Below are positions 9,989-19,240 of a stretch of 40,000 nt of DNA, one piece after another. The notes beneath the pieces were generated by a model. That model ran no database searches and was not told where the DNA came from. It worked only from the letters and a program-made list of their open reading frames with translations. A program made the position numbers and the translations under genes. Origin of the DNA: an uncultured Clostridia bacterium (GTDB lineage: Bacteria; Bacillota; Clostridia; TANB77; CAG-508); the NCBI GenBank assembly GCA_949155365.1, contig CASCUT010000004.1:57842-97841 (forward strand). The letters run 5' to 3'. Each line of letters opens with the position of its first letter. Within the stretch, counting starts at the first letter, position 1.

Positions 9989-12022
9989 ATGCCAAATAAT
10001 ATGAATCGAAAAATATTTGATAAATTAGTATCCAAAACAAAGATATATTTGGTGATAATAGTGGTTTTACTAATTGCGTTATGTTGTTATGAAGTGAATT
10101 TTATTACGCCAGCTATTTTACTATATGTCTTAATTTTAATGTATGCCTATTGGACTAATAATAAAAGAAAAGTAGAATTATCAGAACATATCAAGGACTT
10201 AACATTAACGGTAGATAGTGCAGCAAAAAGTACTTTAATTAATTCGCCATTCCCATTAGTCATTATTGAAACAGATGGAAATGTAATATGGAAAAGTTCA
10301 AAGTTTATCCATGAATTTGCTAATATTGATATTAATAATTACTTAATCAGTATTGGAAGAGAGTTAAAATTAGAAATTGAAAAGGAAAATGAGAAAGAGA
10401 AAAAACAACTAGAAGATTTGATTCATAAACAAATCAAAATAGGAGAAAAAACATATAAAGTAGTAGGAGAGTATGTTAAACTAAAAGAAAAAGAGAAAAA
10501 GAAAGAAAATGAATATATGGCAACCCTTTACTTTATTGATGAAACAGAGAATATAGGGCTAGAAAAAAAATATCATGATTCTAAATTATGTGTCGGAATT
10601 ATTATGATAGATAATTATGAAGAAATTATGCAAAGGATTTCTGATGAAGACAAACCAGGGCTAACGGCACAAATTGAAAAGAATTTGTACGATTGGGTAG
10701 CAGAGTTTGAAGGACTTATTCTAAAATCAGAAAGAGATACCTTTGTATTACTAATAGAACAACAATACATTGCGAAATTAGAGGAAGAAAAGTTTCCTAT
10801 ATTAGATAAAATAAAAGAAATTTCTATTTTAGGGAAATTACAATCTACTCTAAGTATTGCGATTTCAACAGAAGGAAAATCAAACTATGAAAAGTATAAA
10901 ACAGCACAAGCAATGATAGATATCGCACTAGGTAGAGGTGGAGACCAAGCTATTTTAAGAAAAGATGGAAAATATATTTTCTTTGGGGGAAGGACACAAG
11001 AACTAGAAAAAAGAACAAAAGTAAAAGCAAGAATTGTCGCTCATGCATTAGAAGAACTGATGGCAGAAGCACAAAATGTTGTCATTATGGGGCATTCTAA
11101 TAGTGATATCGATGCAATGGGAGCAAGTTTTGGTATTTATCGATTTGCTAAAACAATTGGAAAAGAGGCATACATTGTAAATGAAACAGCAGGAGCAAAC
11201 TTAGAACATTTTATCCAAACAGCCAAACAGCAAGAAGAATACAAAAATTCTATTATAGGAAAAGAACAAGCATTAGCACAAATTTCACCAGAGACATTAT
11301 TAATTATAGTAGATACTCATAAAACAAGTTATGTAGAAGTACCAGAATTAATAGAAAAAACAAATAAAATCGTCATTATCGACCATCACAGAAGAAGTAC
11401 TGATTTTATCGAAAATTCTATTTTAACATTCCATGAGGTATATGCTTCTTCTGCTTGTGAACTAGTAACAGAGCTAATTGAATATTCTGAAAACGATGTT
11501 GAATTATCACAAATAGAGACAGAAGGCTTATATGCAGGAATTATGATGGATACTAAAAACTTTACTTTTAAAACAGGAGTTAGAACCTTTGAAGCAGCAG
11601 CATATCTACGTAAATGTGGAGTAGATATTATAAAAGTAAAAAAATGGTTCCAAAGTGATTTAGAAACTTACAACAAAATAGCAGATATTGTAGCAAATGC
11701 AGAAATTGTAAATGAAACCATTGGAATTTCAACATATGATAAAGAAGATAGTAGCAGTAATCTGGTTTGTGCCAAAGCAGCAGATGAATTACTAACCATT
11801 AGTGATATTACAGCTTCTTTCGTGATTGGAAATTTAGGAGAAAAAATATGTATTAGTGGTCGTTCCATTGGAGATATTAATGTACAAGTCATCTTAGAAA
11901 AACTAGGTGGAGGAGGTCATATTACTTTGGCAGGTGCACAAGTGGAAGGAATGAGTATGGAAGAGGTAAAACAAGAATTAGTCAATCGTATTAATGAATA
12001 TTTTAGTGAGATTTTAAGTTAG
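9989..12022 (+). CDS. gdpP: GdpP-type c-di-AMP phosphodiesterase (2 TM, PAS-like and degenerate GGDEF regions, DHH/DHHA1)
   Basis: Two N-terminal TM helices. DHH motifs are IMGHSNSDIDAMGAS, IIVDTH, IIDHHRR and GIMMDTKNF. DHHA1 motif is GGGGHITLAG. Position upstream of rplI-dnaB matches Bacillus yybT. Confidence 0.88.
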   Translation: MPNNMNRKIFDKLVSKTKIYLVIIVVLLIALCCYEVNFITPAILLYVLILMYAYWTNNKRKVELSEHIKDLTLTVDSAAKSTLINSPFPLVIIETDGNVIWKSSKFIHEFANIDINNYLISIGRELKLEIEKENEKEKKQLEDLIHKQIKIGEKTYKVVGEYVKLKEKEKKKENEYMATLYFIDETENIGLEKKYHDSKLCVGIIMIDNYEEIMQRISDEDKPGLTAQIEKNLYDWVAEFEGLILKSERDTFVLLIEQQYIAKLEEEKFPILDKIKEISILGKLQSTLSIAISTEGKSNYEKYKTAQAMIDIALGRGGDQAILRKDGKYIFFGGRTQELEKRTKVKARIVAHALEELMAEAQNVVIMGHSNSDIDAMGASFGIYRFAKTIGKEAYIVNETAGANLEHFIQTAKQQEEYKNSIIGKEQALAQISPETLLIIVDTHKTSYVEVPELIEKTNKIVIIDHHRRSTDFIENSILTFHEVYASSACELVTELIEYSENDVELSQIETEGLYAGIMMDTKNFTFKTGVRTFEAAAYLRKCGVDIIKVKKWFQSDLETYNKIADIVANAEIVNETIGISTYDKEDSSSNLVCAKAADELLTISDITASFVIGNLGEKICISGRSIGDINVQVILEKLGGGGHITLAGAQVEGMSMEEVKQELVNRINEYFSEILS

Positions 12023-12063
12023 ATGAGATAGTAGCTAAATTTAGTAATAATTAGAAAACAAAT

Positions 12064-12100
12064 AAAAATCCGTTATAGCGGATTTTTATTTGTTTTTTAA
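12064..12100. terminator. bidirectional rho-independent terminator between gdpP and the convergent minus-strand gene
   Basis: aaaaatccg ttatag cggattttt, with an A-run upstream and a T-run downstream. Confidence 0.75.
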
Positions 12101-12193
12101 AATATTGGATATTTAAAAATTACGACTTAGTAACCAAAAATTTTTATGCTTGGTAGTAATATGGATGTTAATCATTATATTTATTATTATTAA

Positions 12194-12697
12194 TTATTTA
12201 GTAGGATCATAGTAGTATAATATCGATGAAGCTACATTATAGATGTTACTTTTAGAAGTAGTAGCTGTAAAAGTAATTATATCACCTTTTTTACATTCAA
12301 TAACGTTACTTACGATAACCGGTTTACCACCAGTAGTTGTTTGTGTATCAACAGTTTGACCGTTTTTCAGTATTGTAACTGTCTTTCTGTAGTCACTTCC
12401 AGTTTGATGTGAATATGCGAAACCATATACTGCTATCGTTTGATCACAAGGTACAGTAAAAGGAGACGTAGTAGTAGAAGCATTGATACCTTTTGCCACT
12501 TTTGCAGTTCCCGTTATTTTATTTCCATTTACCCATGCTGTTTCACCACTTACTATTTTATCTGCTGTTGCCGTTCCTGGTGTTTGACTTGCCAAACTAT
12601 TGGCGGTTATTCTTCCAGAACCGTTATGGTAGCCTGGCAATATAGTATAGCTCTGCCCTGCATTTAAGGCTACATTTATAGCACCATGATTGCTCAT
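12194..12697 (-). CDS. tail-fibre-like repeat protein fragment (last repeat plus a unique beta-rich C-terminal domain); in frame with the upstream fragment across a TAA
   Basis: MSNHGAINVALNAGQSYTILPGYHNGSGRITANSLASQTPGTATADKIVSGETAWVNGNKITGT, then about 100 unique aa. Only 15 nt (YIIGT) separate it in frame from the TAA of ORF 12713-13081. There is no convincing independent RBS. Confidence 0.6.
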   Translation of the reverse strand: MSNHGAINVALNAGQSYTILPGYHNGSGRITANSLASQTPGTATADKIVSGETAWVNGNKITGTAKVAKGINASTTTSPFTVPCDQTIAVYGFAYSHQTGSDYRKTVTILKNGQTVDTQTTTGGKPVIVSNVIECKKGDIITFTATTSKSNIYNVASSILYYYDPTK

Positions 12698-12712
12698 TGT
12701 TCCTATTATATA

Positions 12713-13081
12713 TTACCCATTGACATAGGCGGTATAATCTTTTAGTATTTTATCTGGAGTTGCCGTTCCTCCCGTTTGACTTGCTAAGTTATTGGCTGTA
12801 ATTTTTCCTTGTCCATTATGATAGCCAGCTGGTATGGTATAACTTTGCCCAGCACTTAGAGTAGCTGTCTTAGCTCCTTGATTTACCATCGTTCCTGTTA
12901 CTTTATTTCCATTAACATATGCGGTCTTACCACTTAAAATATCTCCTGCTATTGCCGTTCCTCCTGTTTGACTTGCTAAACTATTGGCTGTAATTTTTCC
13001 TTGTCCATTATGATAACCCTCTGGTATGATATAACTTCCTCCTGCATTTAACGTTTGGTTTATTGCTCCTCTATCTATCAT
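12713..13081 (-). CDS. tail-fibre-like repeat protein fragment (two roughly 64-aa repeats)
   Basis: Two copies of GAxNxTLxAGxSYxIPxGYHNGQGKITANxLASQTGGTA..ILxxxTAYVNG. The frame stays open upstream to about 13177 (NKANLEDLTQATATKDKVLKDYTAYVNGKLIVGT). It ends at an in-frame TAA at 12713-12715. Confidence 0.6.
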   Translation of the reverse strand: MIDRGAINQTLNAGGSYIIPEGYHNGQGKITANSLASQTGGTAIAGDILSGKTAYVNGNKVTGTMVNQGAKTATLSAGQSYTIPAGYHNGQGKITANNLASQTGGTATPDKILKDYTAYVNG

Positions 13082-13167
13082 CGTTCCTACTATTAATTTT
13101 CCATTAACATAGGCGGTATAATCTTTTAAAACTTTATCTTTGGTCGCTGTTGCTTGCGTAAGGTCTT

Positions 13168-13638
13168 CTAAGTTTGCCTTGTTCCTGTTATTTTTTCTCC
13201 ATTCACATAGGCTGTTTTTCCTATCGTGATATCTTCTGGTAATGCAGTTGCATCTTTTGTTACTTCTTTTACAATTCCTAAGATTCTTTCCCCAAAGGTT
13301 TCTACACTTGCTGTATATTCTGGCTTTATTCCTCCCGCCTGTTCTATATATTCTGCAATTTTTTTCTTAAATTCATTGATTCTCTCTATAAAATCAAAAT
13401 TCGTATTTCCTAATAATGAATCATTGATTCCTATTTGTGTATATAATTCATTTAGTTTACTTTGCTCTTCTATTTGTGCCAATTCCATGTTTTCTTTTGC
13501 TTTTTTTGCAATTGTAATAAGGCCATTATCACCTAATGTTATATTAATACTTACTCCTGCTAATATGATTAGTATGATGATTGTTACTACTAATGCTACC
13601 ATCGTTATCCCTTTTTTGCTTCTTATCTCTATTTTCAT
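13168..13638 (-). CDS. pilin-like N-terminal segment protein (class III signal-like KKG/ITMVALVVTIIILIILAGV, coiled region, first TAYVNGEKITGT motif)
   Basis: RBS GGGGGA lies 8 nt upstream of the ATG. A plausible promoter is TTGCTC-18-TATAAT. The N-terminus resembles a prepilin leader plus hydrophobic helix but has Ala instead of Glu at +5. It ends ...TAYVNGEKITGTRQT* where the repeat frame shifts. Confidence 0.7.
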   Translation of the reverse strand: MKIEIRSKKGITMVALVVTIIILIILAGVSINITLGDNGLITIAKKAKENMELAQIEEQSKLNELYTQIGINDSLLGNTNFDFIERINEFKKKIAEYIEQAGGIKPEYTASVETFGERILGIVKEVTKDATALPEDITIGKTAYVNGEKITGTRQT

Positions 13639-13763
13639 TACCTATTTATCCCCCTAGAATTTTTATTTTATTATATATTTTCATTTCTTTACTGAGCAAT
13701 AAAAGAAGTATATTTTACTAACAGCTCTTTTACATAAAGCCTTATTACTCGACATTCGTTCGA

Positions 13764-14074
13764 CAGACAAGGGGACGGAGATTTTGTCTATAGGCTTAGA
13801 GCGTTTTTTATAGAGTAATAAGCAAAAATAAAAGGAAACTTTTTCAATAAATAATTTAAAGAGGATTTGTTCAAGAATATTGTAATATAAGAAAAATAGC
13901 TATTTTTAATAATAGAATAAAAAATGTTTAGGAAAGTATTAATGAATTTACAACCGATAGGAAAGATTTTGTTAAAAATCCAAGATATTAATAAATGCAA
14001 CTAAAAAATAATAATGAAAGTTTAGTAATTTAAGGCTGAAAAGCCTATAGACAAAATCTCCGTCCCCATGTCTG
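13764..14074. repeat. MITE-like or invertible-segment-like unit: perfect 27-bp inverted repeats (family 2) flanking 243 bp of AT-rich non-coding DNA
   Basis: ggggacggagattttgtctataggctt at 13771-13797 is the exact reverse complement of 14041-14067. The pairing extends outward (cagaca / tgtctg) to about 34 bp with one mismatch. A third copy lies at 33110-33136. Confidence 0.75.
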
Positions 14075-14155
14075 GGAATTTCTCCTCTTTTTTGCTTTTT
14101 TGAAGGAAAATGGAAAAGAGACTTTGAACTATTTTGATGAATTATCCTGAAATAC

Positions 14156-14184
14156 TTGAAAATAATGCATTTTTAAGATAAAAT
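14156..14184 (+). promoter_or_regulatory. sigma-A-type promoter upstream of rplI
   Basis: TTGAAA (14156-14161), 17 nt spacer, TAAAAT (14179-14184). Confidence 0.5.
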
Positions 14185-14214
14185 ATAGAAAATAAAAAAG
14201 GAGGTAAATAATCA

Positions 14215-14658
14215 ATGAAAGTAATTTTATTAAGTGATATCAAAGGAGTAGGGAAAAAGGATCAAATTATCAATGCCAATGATGGGTATGCAAGAAATTA
14301 TTTATTTCCAAGAAAGTTAGCAGTAGAAGCGACAACAGGAAATTTAGGAAACTTAAAAGCAAAACAAGAATCAAACCAATATCGAAAAGATGTGCAGAAA
14401 GAAGAAGCAATCAAGTTAGCAAATAAGCTAAAAGAAATGACATTAACCATCAAAGTAAAAGCTGGTGAAAATGGAAAGATATTTGGAGGAGTAACAGCAA
14501 AAGAAATTGCAGAAAATCTAAAAACACAATATAATATAGAAATTGATAAAAAGAAAATAAACCTATCAGAGACAATTAAAACATTAGGAAGTCAAGTAAT
14601 AGATATTAAGTTATATGAAGGGGTTATTGGAAAAATAAAAGTGGAAGTTAAAAGTTAA
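14215..14658 (+). CDS. rplI: 50S ribosomal protein L9
   Basis: [36 protein letters not shown] is a classic L9 N-terminus. RBS is AAGGAGG. Confidence 0.96.
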   Translation: MKVILLSDIKGVGKKDQIINANDGYARNYLFPRKLAVEATTGNLGNLKAKQESNQYRKDVQKEEAIKLANKLKEMTLTIKVKAGENGKIFGGVTAKEIAENLKTQYNIEIDKKKINLSETIKTLGSQVIDIKLYEGVIGKIKVEVKS

Positions 14659-14758
14659 GAGACCAAATCAGAAGTTAGAGGTCAGAAGACAGAAGTTAGA
14701 AGTTAGAGCAGTTCTTCGAAGAAAGTACTAAAAATCCAATTTTCAACTTTTAACTTCC
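14643..14758 (+). repeat. structured rplI-dnaB spacer: 14-bp long-range inverted repeat enclosing six tandem AGARGNN heptamers
   Basis: ggaagttaaaagtt (14643-14656) pairs with aacttttaacttcc (14745-14758). The heptamers agaagtt agaggtc agaagac agaagtt agaagtt agagcag occupy 14670-14711. Confidence 0.6.
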
Positions 14759-14774
14759 AAAAGGAGTAAAAATC

Positions 14775-16106
14775 ATGGAACTAGGAAAAGTACCACCACA
14801 CGATACAGAAGCAGAACAAGCAGTAATAGGAAGTATGTTAACGGATAAAGATGCGATTATTTCTGCCATTGAAATACTAAAAGAAGAAGACTTTTATCGA
14901 GAAGATAATAAAATGATTTATTCTGCCATTTTAAATTTATACAACCGTGCAGAACCAGTGGATATTATTACCTTAAAAGCAGAACTAGCCTCTCTTGGAA
15001 AGTTAGAAGCAGTGGGGGGATTAGAATACCTAGCAGAACTTCCAGATAAAGTACCAACCACAGCTAATGTAGACAAATATATCAAAATTGTAGAAGAAAA
15101 GTCACTACTAAGAAATTTGTTAAAAACGGCAAATGAAATTATTAAATTAGGATATGATGAAACACAAGAAGTAGATGTACTAATGGATCAAGCAGAAAAA
15201 AAGATATTTGATACCATTCAATCAAGAAATCAAAAAGGATATAGCTCTATCAAAGATATTTTAGTGGATACTTTTACACAATTAGAGCAGTTATATAACC
15301 AAAAACAACACATTACAGGTGTGCCAACGGGATTTGCAGATTTAGACTACAAAACAGCAGGGCTTCATAATTCGGATTTAATTTTAGTAGCAGCAAGACC
15401 TGCTATGGGAAAATCAGCGTTTGCCTTGAATATTGCTAGTTATGCAGCAACAAGAGGAAACGCACCAGTAGCTATCTTTAGTTTGGAAATGTCCAAAGAA
15501 CAAATGGTAAACAGAATTCTATGTAGTGAAGCAATGGTAGATAGCAATAAAGTAAGAACTGGAAAAATTGACGATGAAGATTGGACCAAATTAGCAGAAG
15601 CATCTGGAACTCTATCTAGTTCTAAAATTTTTATTGATGATACCCCGGGTATTTCCATTATGGAAATCCGTGCAAAATGTAGAAAACTAAAATTAGAGCA
15701 AGACATCGGAATGGTAGTAATTGACTATTTACAACTAGTACAAGGAAGTGGAAAAAGAGGGGGGTCGCGTGAACAAGAAATTGCAGAAATTAGTCGTTCC
15801 CTAAAAATATTAGCAAAAGAAATCAATGTACCAGTAATAGCACTATCACAGCTATCGAGAGCGCCAGAACAACGTCCAGACCATAGACCAATGCTATCAG
15901 ACCTTCGTGAATCTGGATCAATCGAGCAAGATGCGGATATTGTTATGTTTCTATATCGAGATGATTACTACAATGAAGACAGCGAAAAGAAAAACATAGC
16001 AGAAGTTATCCTAGCAAAACATCGTTCTGGTTCAACAGGAACGGTAGAACTATTATGGCTTGGAAACTATACCAAATTTGCTAACATCGAAAAATACAGA
16101 GAATAA
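14775..16106 (+). CDS. dnaB: replicative DNA helicase DnaB (DnaC in Bacillus nomenclature)
   Basis: PPHDTEAEQAVIGSML N-terminus, Walker A ARPAMGKSAF, and the DYLQL and SQLSR motifs. Confidence 0.96.
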   Translation: MELGKVPPHDTEAEQAVIGSMLTDKDAIISAIEILKEEDFYREDNKMIYSAILNLYNRAEPVDIITLKAELASLGKLEAVGGLEYLAELPDKVPTTANVDKYIKIVEEKSLLRNLLKTANEIIKLGYDETQEVDVLMDQAEKKIFDTIQSRNQKGYSSIKDILVDTFTQLEQLYNQKQHITGVPTGFADLDYKTAGLHNSDLILVAARPAMGKSAFALNIASYAATRGNAPVAIFSLEMSKEQMVNRILCSEAMVDSNKVRTGKIDDEDWTKLAEASGTLSSSKIFIDDTPGISIMEIRAKCRKLKLEQDIGMVVIDYLQLVQGSGKRGGSREQEIAEISRSLKILAKEINVPVIALSQLSRAPEQRPDHRPMLSDLRESGSIEQDADIVMFLYRDDYYNEDSEKKNIAEVILAKHRSGSTGTVELLWLGNYTKFANIEKYRE

Positions 16107-16138
16107 TGTGACAAAAGGATTTCCTTTTGTCACATTTT
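16107..16138 (+). terminator. rho-independent terminator after dnaB
   Basis: Perfect 12-bp stem tgtgacaaaagg / ccttttgtcaca, loop attt, then TTTT. Confidence 0.85.
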
Positions 16139-16186
16139 AATAAAATAGAAAGAGAAGTGAAAAGCGTGACAGAAAGTCACAAAAGT

Positions 16187-17203
16187 ATGCTAGAAAAAAA
16201 AGTGTTAAAAACAATTCAAAAGTATGAATTAATAGAAAATGGAAATACTATCGTCATAGGTGTCTCAGGAGGTCCTGATTCGATGGCACTATTACGTGTG
16301 CTTCATAAATTAAAAGAAGAAAAACAGCTAAAATGTGAAATAGTAGTAGCCCATATTAATCACGGTTTGCGTAAAGAAGCAGAGGAAGAAACCCAATATG
16401 TAGAGACTTATTGCAAAGAACATAAAATATCTTGTTTTGTAAAAAGAGAAAATGTAGAAGACTTAGCAAAAAAACAGAAAATAGGAACAGAAGAAGCAGG
16501 AAGAAATCTACGTTATTCTTTTTTTGAAGAGGTGGCAAACAACACAAATGCAAATAGAATTGCAACAGCACATAATGCGAATGATAATGCAGAAACGGTG
16601 CTAATGAATATTTTAAGAGGAACTGGTACTTCTGGACTAAAAGGAATTGACATTAAAAGAGAGAATCGTTATATTAGACCATTATTAGAATGCACAAGGA
16701 AGGAAATTGAAGAATATTGTGTGCACGAACAATTGAATCCAAAAGAAGATAAAAGCAATAAAGAAACGATTTATACCAGAAATAAAATAAGAAATGAGTT
16801 AATTCCTTATTTAGAAGAAGAATTTAATCCCAATATTATTACTGTATTAAATCGATTATCCAATTTAGCAAAAGAAGAAAATGATTTTTTCAATAAACAA
16901 GTGGAAAAACAATATGAAAAAATTAAAATAGAGGAATTCTTAGGGAATAAACAGTTTGAAGGAAAAAGTACCATTGTATTAGATTTAAAGAAATTTAATG
17001 AGCAAGAATTAGTAATAAAAAATAGACTTGTGCGATATACTATAAATAGACTAACCACAAGCTGTCAAAATGTTGAAAAAATACATATTGCAGATATTGT
17101 AAAGCTTTGTGAAAATAATATAGGAAATAAATTTTTAATGCCAAATAAGAAAATAAGAGTTACGGTAAAAAAAGGAAAAATTTTTTTCCAAAAATGGGAA
17201 TAA
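16187..17203 (+). CDS. tilS: tRNA(Ile)-lysidine synthetase
   Basis: PP-loop IVIGVSGGPDSMALL about 22 aa from the proposed ATG. The ORF-track start (TTG 16127) lies inside the dnaB terminator stem, so the ATG at 16187 is preferred. GTG 16157 and GTG 16166 remain possible. Confidence 0.85.
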   Translation: MLEKKVLKTIQKYELIENGNTIVIGVSGGPDSMALLRVLHKLKEEKQLKCEIVVAHINHGLRKEAEEETQYVETYCKEHKISCFVKRENVEDLAKKQKIGTEEAGRNLRYSFFEEVANNTNANRIATAHNANDNAETVLMNILRGTGTSGLKGIDIKRENRYIRPLLECTRKEIEEYCVHEQLNPKEDKSNKETIYTRNKIRNELIPYLEEEFNPNIITVLNRLSNLAKEENDFFNKQVEKQYEKIKIEEFLGNKQFEGKSTIVLDLKKFNEQELVIKNRLVRYTINRLTTSCQNVEKIHIADIVKLCENNIGNKFLMPNKKIRVTVKKGKIFFQKWE

Positions 17204-17274
17204 GCAAAGAAGAGCGTCCGTAAGGAAAACCTTGAAACGCAAGCGTTTGCACAAAAAAACTTAAGAAAAAATGC

Positions 17275-17303
17275 TTGCAAATAAAAAAGGAATGTGGTAT
17301 AGT
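17275..17303 (+). promoter_or_regulatory. sigma-A-type promoter (extended -10) upstream of ftsH
   Basis: TTGCAA (17275-17280), 17 nt spacer ending in TGg, TATAGT (17298-17303). Confidence 0.6.
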
Positions 17304-17393
17304 GCAAAAGTAGAAAAGATAAAAAAAGTAGTTTAAAAAAGTAGTATGGCATAGGTATCACCTTACATATGAACAAAAAGGAGGCAAACAAAA

Positions 17394-19193
17394 TTGAAAA
17401 ATAGTATCAAGACATTAGCAATGTGGCTCATTATATTGGTTATCTTTATTGTGGTAATTACTTCTATATTAGATAACTCCAATAACAAGTTAGCATATTC
17501 AGAATTGGTAGCCAAAATAGAAGCAGGAGAAGTAAAAGAAATTGAAATTTCTTCCGAAGGAACTAGTGCAGAAGTATTACTTAAAAATGACAATATAGCA
17601 AAAGAAGTAAACATTCCAAGTATTGATAGCTTAATGGACAATTTACAAGATGCCATGAAAACAGAAAGCATTAAAGTAACAGAAAAATCAGAATCAATTT
17701 GGATGATCGCATTAAGCTTACTTACTCCATTTGGAATATTAGCGATCTTTATCATCTTCTGGTTCTTCCTAATGAATAGCAACCAAGGTTCAGGAAATAA
17801 AACCATGACCTTTGGAAAAAGCAAAGCGAAAATGATAAATCCACAAGATAAAGCTAAAGTAACCTTTAAAGATGTAGCAGGAGTAGACGAAGAAAAAGAA
17901 GAATTAGAAGAAATTGTAGAATTTCTAAAAAATCCAAGAAAATTCACCGATATGGGAGCAAGAATCCCAAAAGGTGTATTACTAGTAGGTCAACCAGGTA
18001 CAGGAAAAACATTACTTGCCAAAGCAGTAGCAGGAGAAGCAGGAGTACCATTCTTTATTATTAGTGGTTCTGACTTTGTTGAAATGTTTGTTGGTGTTGG
18101 TGCATCACGTGTTAGAGACTTATTCGAAGAAGCAAAGAAAAAAGCACCATGTATCATCTTTATCGATGAAATTGATGCCGTAGGACGCCAAAGAGGAGCA
18201 GGACTTGGAGGAGGACATGATGAAAGAGAGCAAACATTAAACCAATTACTAGTAGAAATGGATGGATTTGCAGAAAACGAAGGCGTAATCGTACTAGCTG
18301 CTACCAATAGACCAGACGTTCTAGATAAAGCACTACTAAGAGCAGGAAGATTTGATAGACAAATCGTAGTAGGTTCACCAGATGTAAAAGCAAGAGAACA
18401 AATCTTAGAAGTACATGCAAGAAAGAAAAGACTAGCAGACGATGTAGACTTAAAAACAATTGCCAAAAATACATCCGGTTTTGCAGGAGCAGACTTAGAA
18501 AACATCTTAAATGAAGCCGCTTTATTATCAGCAAGACGTAACTTACCAGAGATTGGAATGAAAGAAATCGAAGATGCCATGGTAAAAGTAACCATGGGAC
18601 CAGAAAAAAGGACTAGAGTAAGAAGTGAAAAAGAAAATAAACTAGTATCTTACCATGAAGCAGGTCATGCAGTAGTAAGTAGATACTTACCAACCCAAGA
18701 CCCTGTACATCAAATATCCATCGTACCAAGAGGAATGGCAGGAGGATACACCATGTATCGTCCAACCGAAGACAAAAACTTCATGTCAAAAACAGAAATG
18801 GAAGAAACCATTGTATCTTTACTAGGAGGAAGAGTAGCAGAGCAATTAATCTTAAATGACATCTCAACAGGAGCAAGTAACGACATCCAAAGAGCAACTC
18901 AAATTGCAAGAAACATGGTAACAAAATACGGAATGAGTGACAGAGTAGGAACCATCATGTTAGGTTCTGGGCAAGAAGAAGTATTCTTAGGAAGAGACTT
19001 TGCCCAAGCAAAAGAATATTCAGAAGAAACGGCAGCAATTGTCGATGAAGAAGTAAAACGAATTATTGACAAAGCATACAATACCGCTGCTGAAATTCTA
19101 AAAACACACATCGACAAACTACACACTGTAGCAGGAATCCTATTAGAAAAAGAAAAAATCGATGGTGAAGAATTTGACCAAATATTTGAATAA
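17394..19193 (+). CDS. ftsH: ATP-dependent zinc metalloprotease FtsH
   Basis: TTG start with RBS AAAGGAGG. Two TM helices, Walker [12 protein letters not shown] region, and zinc site HEAGHAV. Confidence 0.96.
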   Translation: MKNSIKTLAMWLIILVIFIVVITSILDNSNNKLAYSELVAKIEAGEVKEIEISSEGTSAEVLLKNDNIAKEVNIPSIDSLMDNLQDAMKTESIKVTEKSESIWMIALSLLTPFGILAIFIIFWFFLMNSNQGSGNKTMTFGKSKAKMINPQDKAKVTFKDVAGVDEEKEELEEIVEFLKNPRKFTDMGARIPKGVLLVGQPGTGKTLLAKAVAGEAGVPFFIISGSDFVEMFVGVGASRVRDLFEEAKKKAPCIIFIDEIDAVGRQRGAGLGGGHDEREQTLNQLLVEMDGFAENEGVIVLAATNRPDVLDKALLRAGRFDRQIVVGSPDVKAREQILEVHARKKRLADDVDLKTIAKNTSGFAGADLENILNEAALLSARRNLPEIGMKEIEDAMVKVTMGPEKRTRVRSEKENKLVSYHEAGHAVVSRYLPTQDPVHQISIVPRGMAGGYTMYRPTEDKNFMSKTEMEETIVSLLGGRVAEQLILNDISTGASNDIQRATQIARNMVTKYGMSDRVGTIMLGSGQEEVFLGRDFAQAKEYSEETAAIVDEEVKRIIDKAYNTAAEILKTHIDKLHTVAGILLEKEKIDGEEFDQIFE

Positions 19194-19200
19194 TCTCTCA

Positions 19201-19235
19201 ATGTCTCATTGGGGACGTTTCCTAAAGAGACATTT
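19201..19235. repeat. palindromic repeat family 1, copy a
   Basis: atgtctcattggggacgtttcctaaagagacattt is the reverse complement of 19704-19737 with one mismatch. It is self-complementary (atgtctc / gagacat). Confidence 0.75.
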
Positions 19236-19240
19236 GGTAA

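Noticed and set aside
12700-13140. A possible diversity-generating retroelement (template and variable repeat) in the tail-fibre-like gene.
   Set aside because: The DNA repeats differ at mixed positions with no adenine-specific pattern. No reverse transcriptase gene is in the window.
13751-13797. GGGGACG, with a nearby ttcgacag, resembling the 5' end of Firmicute tmRNA (ssrA).
   Set aside because: The order of the elements is wrong. There is no tRNA-like acceptor or T-arm and no tag reading frame. The same core occurs in several short dispersed repeats, so it is a repeat motif and not ssrA.
13788-14000. A 70-aa minus-strand ORF inside the inverted-repeat-bounded unit.
   Set aside because: It is extremely AT-rich with an I/F/N/K/Y-biased translation, and has no RBS or recognisable motif. 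It is most likely non-coding filler of the repeat unit.
16127-16186. The ORF-track start of tilS at TTG 16127.
   Set aside because: The codon lies inside the 3' arm of the dnaB terminator hairpin. The ATG at 16187 gives a canonical distance to the SGGxDS PP-loop.
17990-18595. A 201-aa minus-strand ORF. Many other antisense or alternate-frame ORFs appear in the track (for example 641-859, 7811-8137, 8724-9146, 9555-9953, 13226-13657, 17363-17947, 32487-33071, 34581-34985, 36556-36921, 38557-38982).
   Set aside because: They lie entirely within, or antisense to, genes with strong family motifs. They have low-complexity, F/L/S-rich translations typical of AT-rich antisense frames, and they lack RBSs.
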